Below, piece after piece: positions 7,721-16,317 of a DNA stretch of 64,000 nucleotides. Location: the NCBI GenBank assembly GCA_049583715.1, contig JBAUWJ010000190.1, forward strand, positions 16,242 through 80,241. Reading direction: 5' to 3'. Numbering within the stretch: position 1 is the stretch's first letter; each line of letters starts with the position of its first letter. The translations under genes were made by a program, and so were the position numbers. The stretch comes from Arenicellales bacterium. GTDB lineage: Bacteria; Pseudomonadota; Gammaproteobacteria; Arenicellales; JAANXG01. The notes below the pieces were generated by a model. The model was not told where the DNA came from. It did not search any database and saw nothing but the letters and a program-made list of their open reading frames with translations.

Positions 7721-9436
7721 CTACCGGATAACGATATCCGGCTGCGCCGTGCTGGTACTCCTGATCTTGCTCAGGGCAGCCTGCATTTGACGTTCCCACT
7801 GCCTGACCACCTTTTCGGGTGGCCCGGCTCGCCCCGTCACGTCTCCGAGCGCCGTCTTCATGTTCCAACGCACCGACTGGACGAAGCTGGAGTCGACGCC
7901 CGTCCCCGTGTTGTACATCCAACCGAGGATGGGATAAACCGGGGCATACTTCTGGTCCGCCAGCTCGAGGGCCAGCTTCGCGGCGGCGCGCAGGTTGGGC
8001 CTGGATCCGAATATATTCCCAAGGACCAGGTTGTACTTCGCGTCCCGCACGCCCGCCGTCGAAGCACGGGTCAACCAGTACAACGCACGGTCCTCGTTGC
8101 GCTCTACCCCGTCGCCGTTGCCGTAAGCCACGCCGAGGTAGAACTCGGAAGTGGCGTGCCCCTGCTCCGCCGCCTCTTCGTAGGAACGCACGGTGCTGGA
8201 CATATGGTCTACGCTCGCCGCTTTGTAGTCCCAGTCCTGGCCGGCGGCAGGCTTGACGGTGTTGTTCTGGACCAGCTTGGGGGCGGTGCCCGCTGCGGCC
8301 GAGCTCGGCGGCGGGCCGCCGGACACGGGCACATCGTTGATCGTGGGCTGCGGTACCGGCGGCGGCGCGTCGCGCGGTGCGGGCGCCACCGGCATCGATG
8401 GCGGCGCCTCGGCGGGAGCGAGAAGCCGGGAAACCATCTTCTTGAGATCGGGGCCGTGACCCGGGCTCGCCTCGAAGGTGAACCGGTAGCCATGCGACCA
8501 CAACAGCAACAGTGTCGCCGGCAACACCAGCCCGACCAACACGACCAGGGACCAGTATCCCCTGCCGGAGCGGCGGGCATTCGTCCCCCGGGATGCGTCC
8601 GCCAAACGGCCGGTGTGGAGGTCGAGCTCCAGCTCGTCGAGTCGCGACGCCAGGGTTGTGCAGTCGGCTATGCGCTGATCCGGGTCCTTGGCCATCAGAT
8701 CGTCCAACAGTTCCTGGCACGCGGAAAGCTCCTCCGGCAGGCGCGGAATGGGATCGTTGATATGAGCGTATAACAGCGACATGCTGCCCTTGACGTCGAA
8801 GGGCGGCCGGCCGGTCAGCATCTCGTAGAGAATCACGCCGAGGGCGTAGATGTCCGAACGCGCGTCGCAGCCCTGGCCCTGGGCCTGCTCGGGGCTGATA
8901 TACCGGGGAGTGCCGACCACGATCCCGACACTGGTGAAGGCGGTATCCTGGGATTCCGATTTGGCGATCCCAAAGTCGGTGAGCACCGGGTCGCCGTTTT
9001 CCCGGAACAGGATGTTCTCCGGCTTCACGTCTCTATGGAAGACGCCCGCCCGATGCGCACAGCCGAGCGAGTCGTTGATCGAGCGCAACAGGGCCAGGGC
9101 CCGTCCGGGCTCCATCGGCGCCTTCATGCGGTCCTTGAGGCTGCCGCCCGGGAGATACTCCATCGCGATATACGGGCGGTGGTTGACCACGGCGACGTCG
9201 TACACCGTGACGATCCCCGGGTGCTTGAGCTGGGCTACGGTCTGGCCTTCCCGGATGAAGCGCTTGTTGAACCCCTCCTCGACGGCCAGGACCGGAGACA
9301 TGATCTTGATGGCGACCCGTCTGTCGAGCAGCTCATGCCGGGCGAGGTGCACCGTGGATACGCCGCCCCGACCGAGCTCCGTCAGGATCTCGTAGCCGGG
9401 CAGATCCAGGGCAAATTCGGCGTGTCTGTGGGCCAT
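7721..9436 (-). CDS. Hanks-type Ser/Thr protein kinase with one TM helix, a Pro-rich linker and C-terminal Sel1 repeats
   Basis: ORF 7721..9607 trimmed to ATG 9436 (MAHRHAEFALDLPGYEILTELGRGG). Kinase motifs seen are GRGGVSTV, VAIKIM, HRDVKPENILF, DFGIAK and GTPRYISPEQ. The TM helix is YWSLVVLVGLVLPATLLLLW. Sel1-like repeats include EFYLGVAYGNGDGVERNEDRALYWLTRAS. Confidence 0.85.
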   Translation of the reverse strand: MAHRHAEFALDLPGYEILTELGRGGVSTVHLARHELLDRRVAIKIMSPVLAVEEGFNKRFIREGQTVAQLKHPGIVTVYDVAVVNHRPYIAMEYLPGGSLKDRMKAPMEPGRALALLRSINDSLGCAHRAGVFHRDVKPENILFRENGDPVLTDFGIAKSESQDTAFTSVGIVVGTPRYISPEQAQGQGCDARSDIYALGVILYEMLTGRPPFDVKGSMSLLYAHINDPIPRLPEELSACQELLDDLMAKDPDQRIADCTTLASRLDELELDLHTGRLADASRGTNARRSGRGYWSLVVLVGLVLPATLLLLWSHGYRFTFEASPGHGPDLKKMVSRLLAPAEAPPSMPVAPAPRDAPPPVPQPTINDVPVSGGPPPSSAAAGTAPKLVQNNTVKPAAGQDWDYKAASVDHMSSTVRSYEEAAEQGHATSEFYLGVAYGNGDGVERNEDRALYWLTRASTAGVRDAKYNLVLGNIFGSRPNLRAAAKLALELADQKYAPVYPILGWMYNTGTGVDSSFVQSVRWNMKTALGDVTGRAGPPEKVVRQWERQMQAALSKIRSTSTAQPDIVIR

Positions 9437-9562
9437 CGCGGTGTCTGAGTCCGGAACGCGTGTTGCGCACCTGCAAGAATAGCGCAACGGGCCGGTGTTT
9501 CTAAGGCCTGGCCTTCCCCTGCACCGACGGGCGGGCCTTATACGGTGGACGGGAGAACATGG

Positions 9563-9598
9563 GGCAAAAACAAAACCGCCGGCCTGGGCCGGCGGTTT
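9563..9598 (-). terminator. Intrinsic terminator downstream of the Lys-rich gene
   Basis: The minus-strand RNA reads AAACCGCCGGCC-CA-GGCCGGCGGUUU followed by UGUUUUUG. That is a 10-12 bp GC stem plus a U-tract, about 20 nt after the stop codon at 9617-9619. Confidence 0.75.
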
Positions 9599-9616
9599 GA
9601 AGGGCAAATCTGCTGC

Positions 9617-9997
9617 CTAGAACGGCAGGGGAATCCTCATCCCGGCTTTTTTCTTAGTGTTTTTTTTTGAGCCTCGCTTTTTGGACGTCTTCTTCTTGGA
9701 CGTCTTCTTCTTGGAGGTCTTTTTCTTGCGGCTCACCTTTTTCGCCGCCTTTTTCCTGGCCTTCTTCCTGGCCTTCTTCTTGGCCTTTTTCCTGGCCTTC
9801 TTTTTGGCCTTTTTCTTGCCCTTCTTCCGGGCTTTCTTCTTACTGGCCTTCTTTTTAGCCTTCTTTTTGGCCTTTTTCTTGGCCTTCTTCTTCGTGGCCT
9901 TCTTCTTGGTCTTCTTGGCTACCTTACGAGCCGACTTTTTTCGGGTCGACTTCTTCTTCGTAGCCTTCTTCTTGGCTCGTTTCTTAGCTGCTGCCAT
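9617..9997 (-). CDS. Lys/Ala-rich histone H1-like (AlgP/Hc1/BpH1-like) basic protein
   Basis: 126 aa, with 66 Lys by my count, built from (A/T/S)KKK and KKKTS repeats. A strong SD (GAGGAGA) lies 7 nt before the ATG. A near-consensus promoter lies upstream and an intrinsic terminator downstream, both on the minus strand. The opposite-strand Phe-rich ORF 9657..10016 has no such signals. Confidence 0.75.
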   Translation of the reverse strand: MAAAKKRAKKKATKKKSTRKKSARKVAKKTKKKATKKKAKKKAKKKAKKKASKKKARKKGKKKAKKKARKKAKKKARKKARKKAAKKVSRKKKTSKKKTSKKKTSKKRGSKKNTKKKAGMRIPLPF

Positions 9998-10281
9998 GAC
10001 GCGTCTCCTCGTGTGAGGTTTGGTTGAGTTGAGTTGATTTAATCCACTCGCCGGCCGACGCCTGTGAACAGAGTCGTGGTTCGGGAGTCGATCGTGAGTG
10101 GGGCTGAAAGAGTAGAGGGTATGAGTCTCCGGTTTCCTGCGTAGAGCAGTAACCGTGTCCGCCGGCGTCTATGAAGTGCTTCGCCAATGTATCGGCTTTT
10201 GTCGCCTGCTGTCTTTGTAGAACGTCCTTGATACCCGTGTCGATTCAATCTTAAACGCAATCCGTATTGGATTTGTCGCAG

Positions 10282-10309
10282 ACTATATTCACGTTGGAAG
10301 AAATGTCAA
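10282..10309 (-). promoter_or_regulatory. Near-consensus sigma70-type promoter on the minus strand (TTGACA-N16-TATAGT)
   Basis: The minus strand reads TTGACTTGACAtttcttccaacgtgaaTATAGTctgcg. The -35 TTGACA corresponds to plus-strand 10304-10309 and the -10 TATAGT to plus-strand 10282-10287. This would give a roughly 275-nt leader ending in a CA-rich tract (CAACTCAACTCAACC) before the Lys-rich gene. Confidence 0.5.
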
Positions 10310-10741
10310 GTCAAAAGCAACAACTTTTGCGCAAAAAACAACGGAGCACATCAGCTTCGTTCAGAGTCCGGAGTCAACACGAAGATCGTTGTCCGAACGA
10401 AGAGCATGAAGAATCCTCCCAACGAAGCTCCACGATGAGAGCGTTCCGTCGGTGCGAGAAACGTTGTCCGAGATTCACGACGTGCCATTAGTGCGTTTTT
10501 CACAACGAATTTAGCGACGTTTCCAACCTTTTGTAACATTTGGTCCACGTGTTGCGCGGTACCACCCTGCAAGCTCGATCAACATCGAGCCGCGTCGCGC
10601 TTTCATATGGGATTATTGATGCTCGGCGCGCAATATATAATCTCGAACAATTCCTGCATAACCCGGCCGGAGGCCGTTTGACCGGCCGATCCCCGGACAA
10701 GCAAGACGCAGCAACCGAGACAACCGAGAACCAACCCAGCC

Positions 10742-11449
10742 GTGAATCGAATTCGCGCCATCACACTGGACCTCGACGATACCCTGTGGCCGATCGGCCC
10801 GGTCATTGAGGCCGCCGAGAGCAGACTCTACGACTGGTTGAGCGTGAACTGCCCCCGCGCGGCCCGGCGCCACGATCTCGAGACGATGAGGGAGCTCCGG
10901 GATTCCGTCGTCCGGGACCACGCCGACATCGCCCACGACCTGACGGAGGTTCGGCGGCGCACCCTGGAGCGCCTGATAGTCGCCGAAGCCGCCTACCCTC
11001 ACGACTACGTCGATCGGGCCATGGGAGAGTTCCTGCAGCACCGCAACAACGTGGAATTCTTCCCTGATGCCCTGCCCTTCCTCACCCGCGTCAGCCCAGC
11101 CTATCCATTGCTGAGCATCACGAATGGCAACGCCGACCTGGGAAGAATCGGACTGCAAGGGGTTTTCGTCAGCCAGATTTCCGCGCGCGAGGTAGGAGCG
11201 GCCAAACCCGATGCGCGAATGTTCCTGGCCGCCTGCGCTCATCTGAAGCTGGCGCCGGAGCATATCCTGCATATCGGCGATCATCCGGTCCAGGATATAC
11301 TCGGCGCCGCGCAGGTCGGGATGAAGACGGTATGGGTCAACCGAAACGGGGCCCCCTGGGATCAGGAATACAGTGCCGACCATGAGGTCACATCTCTCGA
11401 GGAGGTCCTGGACCTTCTGCCGCCGAGCAGTATTGGAGACTCCGAATGA
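10742..11449 (+). CDS. HAD-superfamily hydrolase (subfamily IA-like)
   Basis: 235 aa with a GTG start. HAD motif I is ITLDLDDTLW. Later segments are SITNGNAD and HIGDHPVQDILGA (motifs III/IV). Its stop overlaps the sohB start in an ATGA. Confidence 0.85.
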   Translation: MNRIRAITLDLDDTLWPIGPVIEAAESRLYDWLSVNCPRAARRHDLETMRELRDSVVRDHADIAHDLTEVRRRTLERLIVAEAAYPHDYVDRAMGEFLQHRNNVEFFPDALPFLTRVSPAYPLLSITNGNADLGRIGLQGVFVSQISAREVGAAKPDARMFLAACAHLKLAPEHILHIGDHPVQDILGAAQVGMKTVWVNRNGAPWDQEYSADHEVTSLEEVLDLLPPSSIGDSE

Positions 11450-12462
11450 ATCAATTTTTCATCCAGTATGGCCTGTTCCTCGCCAAGTCACTGACGCTGC
11501 TTGCGGTGTTTGCGGCCGTCGCGGCCCTGCTGTCGGCGTTGGCGAAGAGGAACAAGGCACCGGAAAAGCTGGAAGTCAGGAATCTGAACCGCAAGTACGA
11601 CGAGATGCGAGATGCGCTCCGCGCCGAGGTTCTCGCCCCCAAGGAGTGGAAGAAGCTGGCCAAGATCGAAAAGTCCAAGCGTAAGAAGAGCCGAAAGAAG
11701 CCCCCGGACCCGGGCGCCAAGCGCTTGTTCGTGCTCGATTTCCACGGGGACCTCAAGGCCACCGCCGTGGCCTCACTGAGGGAGGAGATTACCGCCATCC
11801 TGACCATCGCCGGAGCCGGAGACGCCGTGCTGCTGCGGCTCGAGAACACGGGCGGCGTTGTTCACGAGCACGGCCTGGCGGCGTCGCAGGTCAACCGCCT
11901 GCGGGACGCCGGAGTCCACGTAACGGTGGCGGTGGACAAGGTCGCCGCCAGCGGCGGCTACATGATGGCCTGCGTCGCGGACCGCATCATCGCCGCGCCC
12001 TTCGCTGTCCTGGGGTCTATCGGGGTCCTTGCCCAGCTCCCCAACTTCAACGAGCTGCTCAAGCGGCACGGCGTTGCCTTCGAGCAGCAAACCGCCGGCG
12101 AGTACAAGCGCACTGTCACCATGTTCGGGGAGAATACCGACAAGGAGCGTGCGAAGCTCCGCGAGCAGATCGAGCATACACATGTCCTGTTCAAGACTTT
12201 CGTGGCCAAGCACCGGCCGGACCTCGATCTGGAGAAGGCGGCCACCGGAGACATCTGGTATGGGAGCGACGCCGTCGACGTCGGATTGGTCGACGAGATC
12301 AGGACCAGCGACGACTATCTCCTGCAGGCGAGCCGGGACGTCCAGCTTTATCAGCTCACCTACAGCCACCGGAAGTCGCTTTCCGAACGAATGCTGTCGA
12401 GCGTCGGCGCCGCTGTGAATCGAACCATCGACTTCGCCCGAAGCAGCCTGGCGGGATGCTGA
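11446..12462 (+). CDS. sohB: SohB-type S49 family inner-membrane peptidase
   Basis: 338 aa. An N-terminal TM helix is followed by RLFVLDFHGDLKA and VDKVAASGGYMMACVADRIIAAPFAVLGSIGV, which are typical of SohB/SppA-like S49 peptidases. Confidence 0.9.
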   Translation: MNQFFIQYGLFLAKSLTLLAVFAAVAALLSALAKRNKAPEKLEVRNLNRKYDEMRDALRAEVLAPKEWKKLAKIEKSKRKKSRKKPPDPGAKRLFVLDFHGDLKATAVASLREEITAILTIAGAGDAVLLRLENTGGVVHEHGLAASQVNRLRDAGVHVTVAVDKVAASGGYMMACVADRIIAAPFAVLGSIGVLAQLPNFNELLKRHGVAFEQQTAGEYKRTVTMFGENTDKERAKLREQIEHTHVLFKTFVAKHRPDLDLEKAATGDIWYGSDAVDVGLVDEIRTSDDYLLQASRDVQLYQLTYSHRKSLSERMLSSVGAAVNRTIDFARSSLAGC

Positions 12463-12580
12463 CCGGCCAGGCCCGGACCGCCTCCCTGCCTTGGTCCGGA
12501 GAGGCCGCGCTCCATCGAGCCGCCTGTTCGGACTACTATGGGCGTCGTCGCAGCCGCATCACGATGATCCGGGCAGGCTC

Positions 12581-14758
12581 TCAGCGCGGCACCGTATCGG
12601 TGTCCGTTGCTTCGTCGTCGGCCTTGCTCTGGGTGATTCCCTCACCCCGGTTCTCTCCCTGGGTGACCCCCTGGCTCATCCCCTGCGTCATGAGCTGGCG
12701 GTGCCGCAGCCGGATGAGGTCGACGAGAATGTTGGCCGCTTCCCGCTGCTTGATGCGGCGGGCGTCGGAGATATACGTGGGATCGGCACTGCTCTCCTGC
12801 TCGCTCAGCTCGTCCAGGCTCGACAAAGGCTTTTCGCCGATCGTCCTGCGATAGATGTTCAGCCGGTTGAGCTGCTGGTTGTCGATCTCATCCATAGTCC
12901 TCTTGCGCACTGAGCGCTCGAGGCTGAATTCCTTCTGCTCTTCCAGCTTGCTCGCTGCCACGGCCTCGCTGCGAAGGTAGGCGAAGCCGGGGTCGTGGCG
13001 TACCCGCCGCCGGTGCAGCTCCCTCAGCGCGGAAATGTCGAGAGGACCGAGTCCGGACACCTTGTACTCGGCAGGCTTGATGGACTCCCAGGGCAGGGCG
13101 TTGTCGAATGCCCTCTCTCCCTGTTTGTCGCTGTCAATCGACGTCGGGTACATGATGTCCGGGGTGACGCCGCGCAACTGCGTGCTGTCTCCATCGACCC
13201 GGAAGAACTTGGCTATGGTGTATTTCAGCTTGCCCAGCTCCGGGCCGTCGCCGAGGTTCTCCACCCTCTGGACGGTACCCTTACCGTACGTGGGGTCGCC
13301 GATGATGAGACCGCGCCCGTAGTCCTGGATCGCCCCCGCGAAGATCTCGGAGGCCGACGCACTGTACTTGTCCACCAGTACCGCCAGCGGACCCGAATAG
13401 ACGATCTTCGGATCGGGATCGCGGCTGACGCTGACGCGGCCGAGGGAATCGCGCACCTGCACGACGGGCCCCTGCGTGATGAACAGACCCGTCAGCTCGA
13501 TGGCCTCGGGGAGCGAGCCGCCGCTGTCGCCGAGCAGGTCCACCACCACGCCGTCGATCCGTTCCTTACTCAACTCGTGCAGAATGTTACGCACGTCCCG
13601 GGTCGTGCTCCGGAAGTTCTTGTCGCCGCGGGCCCGGGCCTCCAGATTCGAGTAGAAGGTCGGGACCCGGATCACGGCGATGCGGCGCACACCCCCGGGT
13701 GTGGGGATCTCGTAGATCCTCTTGTGAGCCGCCCGCCCTTCCAGCTTCACTTTGTCCCGAACCAGGCGGATCTCGTGGGTCGGGCCGCCGAGCGGCTCGT
13801 TCTCCCGCAGGACATCCAGCCTCACGACGCTCCCCTTCGGGCCCCGGATCAGATCCACGACGTCAGCCAGACGCCAGCCGTTGACATCGACCATGTCCCC
13901 ATCGCCCTGGGCGACGCCGGTGATGCGGTCTCCCGCGAAGACCTTGTGGCTCAGCGCGGCCGGCGCACCGGGGATGACGCGCTTTATGACCGTCTCGCCG
14001 TCCTCCGACTGCAGCGCCGCCCCGATGCCCTCCAGGCTGAGGCTCATGCTGATACTGAAGTTGTCCGAGGCGCGCCGCGCCAGATAGCTGGTATGCGGCT
14101 CGATGGAGCCGGCGTAGGCGTTGATGAAGGTCTGGAATACATCCTCCCGATCGAGCTGGCGGATACGCCGGTCGATGCCTTCGTAGCGCTCACGCAGCTT
14201 CTTGACGATCTCGGCGTCCTTCTTGCCGGACAAGGACAGTATCAACCAGTCATTCTTGACCCGCTTGCGCCAGATCTCGTCCAGCTCGGCCCGGTTCTTC
14301 GCCCAGGGTGCATCGCTGCGGTCCAGCCTCACCGTCTCGTCGATCGAGAAATCGAAACCCTTGTCGAGCAGCGACAGGGCATACCGGACCCGCTCGCCGA
14401 CGCGCTCGCGCACCCTCTTGAAGATCTCGTAGGCCGGGGAGAGATCGGCCTTGTCTATGGCATCGTCCAGCTTGTCCCTGTACTTGGAGAACTCCGCAAC
14501 GTCGGACGCGAGCAGATAGCTGCGGTTCCCGTCCAGGGCCTTGAGGTACCGGTCGAAGATCTGTTCAGACAGCTTGTCGTCGAGCCGCACGTTCCGGTAA
14601 TGGAAGCGGTCGATGAAGTAGTGGATGAGCTTCGTGGCCCGCTGCTGGTCGGCGGTGGGATGCAGGTCCGCCAGATCGACGACCGTGGGACTTGCGAGCA
14701 CGCAAGGGGCGCTCGCGATCATCAAGAGGATGAGTACCTGTCTGATAAGTTTCGTCAT
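12581..14758 (-). CDS. prc: Tail-specific (C-terminal processing) protease Prc, S41 family
   Basis: 725 aa with a signal peptide. The N-terminal helical domain is HYFIDRFHYRNVRLDDKLSEQIFDRYLKALD. A PDZ domain follows. The S41 core is LAVLVDKYSASASEIFAGAIQDYGRGLIIG...GTVQ...KYTIAKFFR. Confidence 0.93.
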   Translation of the reverse strand: MTKLIRQVLILLMIASAPCVLASPTVVDLADLHPTADQQRATKLIHYFIDRFHYRNVRLDDKLSEQIFDRYLKALDGNRSYLLASDVAEFSKYRDKLDDAIDKADLSPAYEIFKRVRERVGERVRYALSLLDKGFDFSIDETVRLDRSDAPWAKNRAELDEIWRKRVKNDWLILSLSGKKDAEIVKKLRERYEGIDRRIRQLDREDVFQTFINAYAGSIEPHTSYLARRASDNFSISMSLSLEGIGAALQSEDGETVIKRVIPGAPAALSHKVFAGDRITGVAQGDGDMVDVNGWRLADVVDLIRGPKGSVVRLDVLRENEPLGGPTHEIRLVRDKVKLEGRAAHKRIYEIPTPGGVRRIAVIRVPTFYSNLEARARGDKNFRSTTRDVRNILHELSKERIDGVVVDLLGDSGGSLPEAIELTGLFITQGPVVQVRDSLGRVSVSRDPDPKIVYSGPLAVLVDKYSASASEIFAGAIQDYGRGLIIGDPTYGKGTVQRVENLGDGPELGKLKYTIAKFFRVDGDSTQLRGVTPDIMYPTSIDSDKQGERAFDNALPWESIKPAEYKVSGLGPLDISALRELHRRRVRHDPGFAYLRSEAVAASKLEEQKEFSLERSVRKRTMDEIDNQQLNRLNIYRRTIGEKPLSSLDELSEQESSADPTYISDARRIKQREAANILVDLIRLRHRQLMTQGMSQGVTQGENRGEGITQSKADDEATDTDTVPR

Positions 14759-14931
14759 GCCCTAGAAAGCCTTGTGGCGGGTGGCCCCCGCATCGGAATC
14801 GGCGCTTGTTGGAATTCGCCCCGTACTCACATCATTATGCACAAGCATAGTACACTTCGCGAGCAAACCGAATCGTCCGGCGCCCCCACGGAACGACCTC
14901 CCGACCGCCGCCCGGGCGCGACCGCAGCACC

Positions 14932-16281
14932 ATGAATAATTCCACGATGGCATCATATCCTGAAAAAAAGCAAAGGATTTCCGACCAGTTCAAGGGTACC
15001 GCGGGCGAATTGCGGCTGGCGAAGGACACGTCGAACCTGTTTCGGGACCGCGCGCAGCACAAGGCAGCCCGGCTGGACGTGCGCGATTTCAATGAAGTCC
15101 TCGAGGTAGACGCCGATCAGGGCTGGGTCGAGGTGGAGGGCATGACCCCCTACGCCAAGCTCGCGGACGCCACCCTGGCGCGCGGCGCGATGCCCTGCGT
15201 CGTACCCCAGCTTCGGAGCATTACGATCGGCGGAGCCGTCGCCGGGGTCGGAATCGAGTCGACCTCCTTCCGCTACGGCCTGGTACACGAGACCATCCTG
15301 GAGATGGACGTCCTGACGGGCACCGGAGACGTCCTGACCTGCACCCCGGACAACGAGCACAAGGACCTGTTCTTCGGTCTGCCCAACTCCTACGGCACCC
15401 TCGGCTACGTGCTGAAGCTCAAGACCAGGACCATCCCCGTACGTCCCTACGTGCGCCTCGAGCACGTGCATTTCCCGGACGCGCGCTCGTATTTCGAGCG
15501 CCTCGGCGAGCTCTGCGGTGATGAGAATATCGACTTCCTGGACGGCACGGTGTTCGAGCCCGGGCAGTTCTACATCACGGTGGGGCGATTCACCGACCAC
15601 GCACCCTACCTCAGCGACTATACCTACAAGGACATCTATTACCGCTCCATCCCGGAGCGCCGCGAGGACTACCTCACGACCCACGACTATATCTGGCGCT
15701 GGGACACGGACTGGTTCTGGTGCTCGAAGAACGTGGGGGCCCAGAATCCGTTGCTGCGCCGGCTGTTCGGACGGAAGCGCCTGAATTCGGTCTTCTACAC
15801 GAAGCTCATGCGCTGGAACGCGCGCTGGGGACTCACGGGCTGGGCGAATCGCTTCCGCGGCATCCGCACGGAATCCGTCATCCAGGACATCGACATCCCG
15901 CTGGAGCGCTGCCCCGAGTACTACGAGTTCTTCGACCGGGAAATCGGCATCCGACCCGTGTGGATCTGCCCCATCGGGGTGTATGACCGCCGGGCGCACT
16001 TCCCTCTGTATCCGCTGGATCCGGAACGACGGTACGTCAATTTCGGGCACTGGGACGTGGTCCGAACGCGCCGACGCCGCCCCGAAGGCCATTTCAACCG
16101 CCTGGTGGAGAAGAAAACAGCCGAGCTCGGCGGAATCAAGTCGCTCTATTCGGATTCTTTCTACCCCGAAGACGAGTTCTGGGCCAACTATAACCAAAGC
16201 GCCTACCGCTCGTTGAAAGCGAAATACGATCCCAATGGACAACTCAAGGATCTTTATCGAAAATGCGTGCTGAGGGAGTGA
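14932..16281 (+). CDS. FAD-binding (PCMH-type) oxidoreductase, DHCR24-like family
   Basis: 449 aa. The segment ITIGGAVAGVGIESTSFRYGLVHETILEMDVLTGTGDVL...LFFGLPNSYGTLGYVLKLK resembles the FAD-binding 4 domain. Confidence 0.85.
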   Translation: MNNSTMASYPEKKQRISDQFKGTAGELRLAKDTSNLFRDRAQHKAARLDVRDFNEVLEVDADQGWVEVEGMTPYAKLADATLARGAMPCVVPQLRSITIGGAVAGVGIESTSFRYGLVHETILEMDVLTGTGDVLTCTPDNEHKDLFFGLPNSYGTLGYVLKLKTRTIPVRPYVRLEHVHFPDARSYFERLGELCGDENIDFLDGTVFEPGQFYITVGRFTDHAPYLSDYTYKDIYYRSIPERREDYLTTHDYIWRWDTDWFWCSKNVGAQNPLLRRLFGRKRLNSVFYTKLMRWNARWGLTGWANRFRGIRTESVIQDIDIPLERCPEYYEFFDREIGIRPVWICPIGVYDRRAHFPLYPLDPERRYVNFGHWDVVRTRRRRPEGHFNRLVEKKTAELGGIKSLYSDSFYPEDEFWANYNQSAYRSLKAKYDPNGQLKDLYRKCVLRE

Positions 16282-16317
16282 CACCGCCCGGCGGCGTCCG
16301 GGTCCGGAGGTTTTGAA

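Noticed and set aside
9657-10016. A Phe/Leu/Ala-rich 119-aa + strand ORF (FFLAFFLAFFL...).
   Set aside because: It is the antisense reading of the Lys-rich gene. The SD, promoter and intrinsic terminator all fit the minus-strand gene, and none fits the plus-strand ORF.
10267-10491. A 74-aa basic, Cys-containing ORF in the long gap, considered as a CDS feature.
   Set aside because: Its third-position GC is much lower than in all confident genes. The putative SD sits too close to the ATG. The ORF also overlaps the strong minus-strand promoter. It is kept only as a possibility inside the gap finding.
12995-14935. A 646-aa + strand ORF opposite prc. Similar long antisense ORFs are 23482..25248 (opposite prfC), 58123..60759 (opposite hrpA), 14953..16284, 16342..17313, 17057..18616, 38474..40111, 45471..46649, 52466..53920 and 56370..57728.
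   Set aside because: Each overlaps a gene with unmistakable family motifs on the other strand. All have shadow-frame composition and no motifs of their own.
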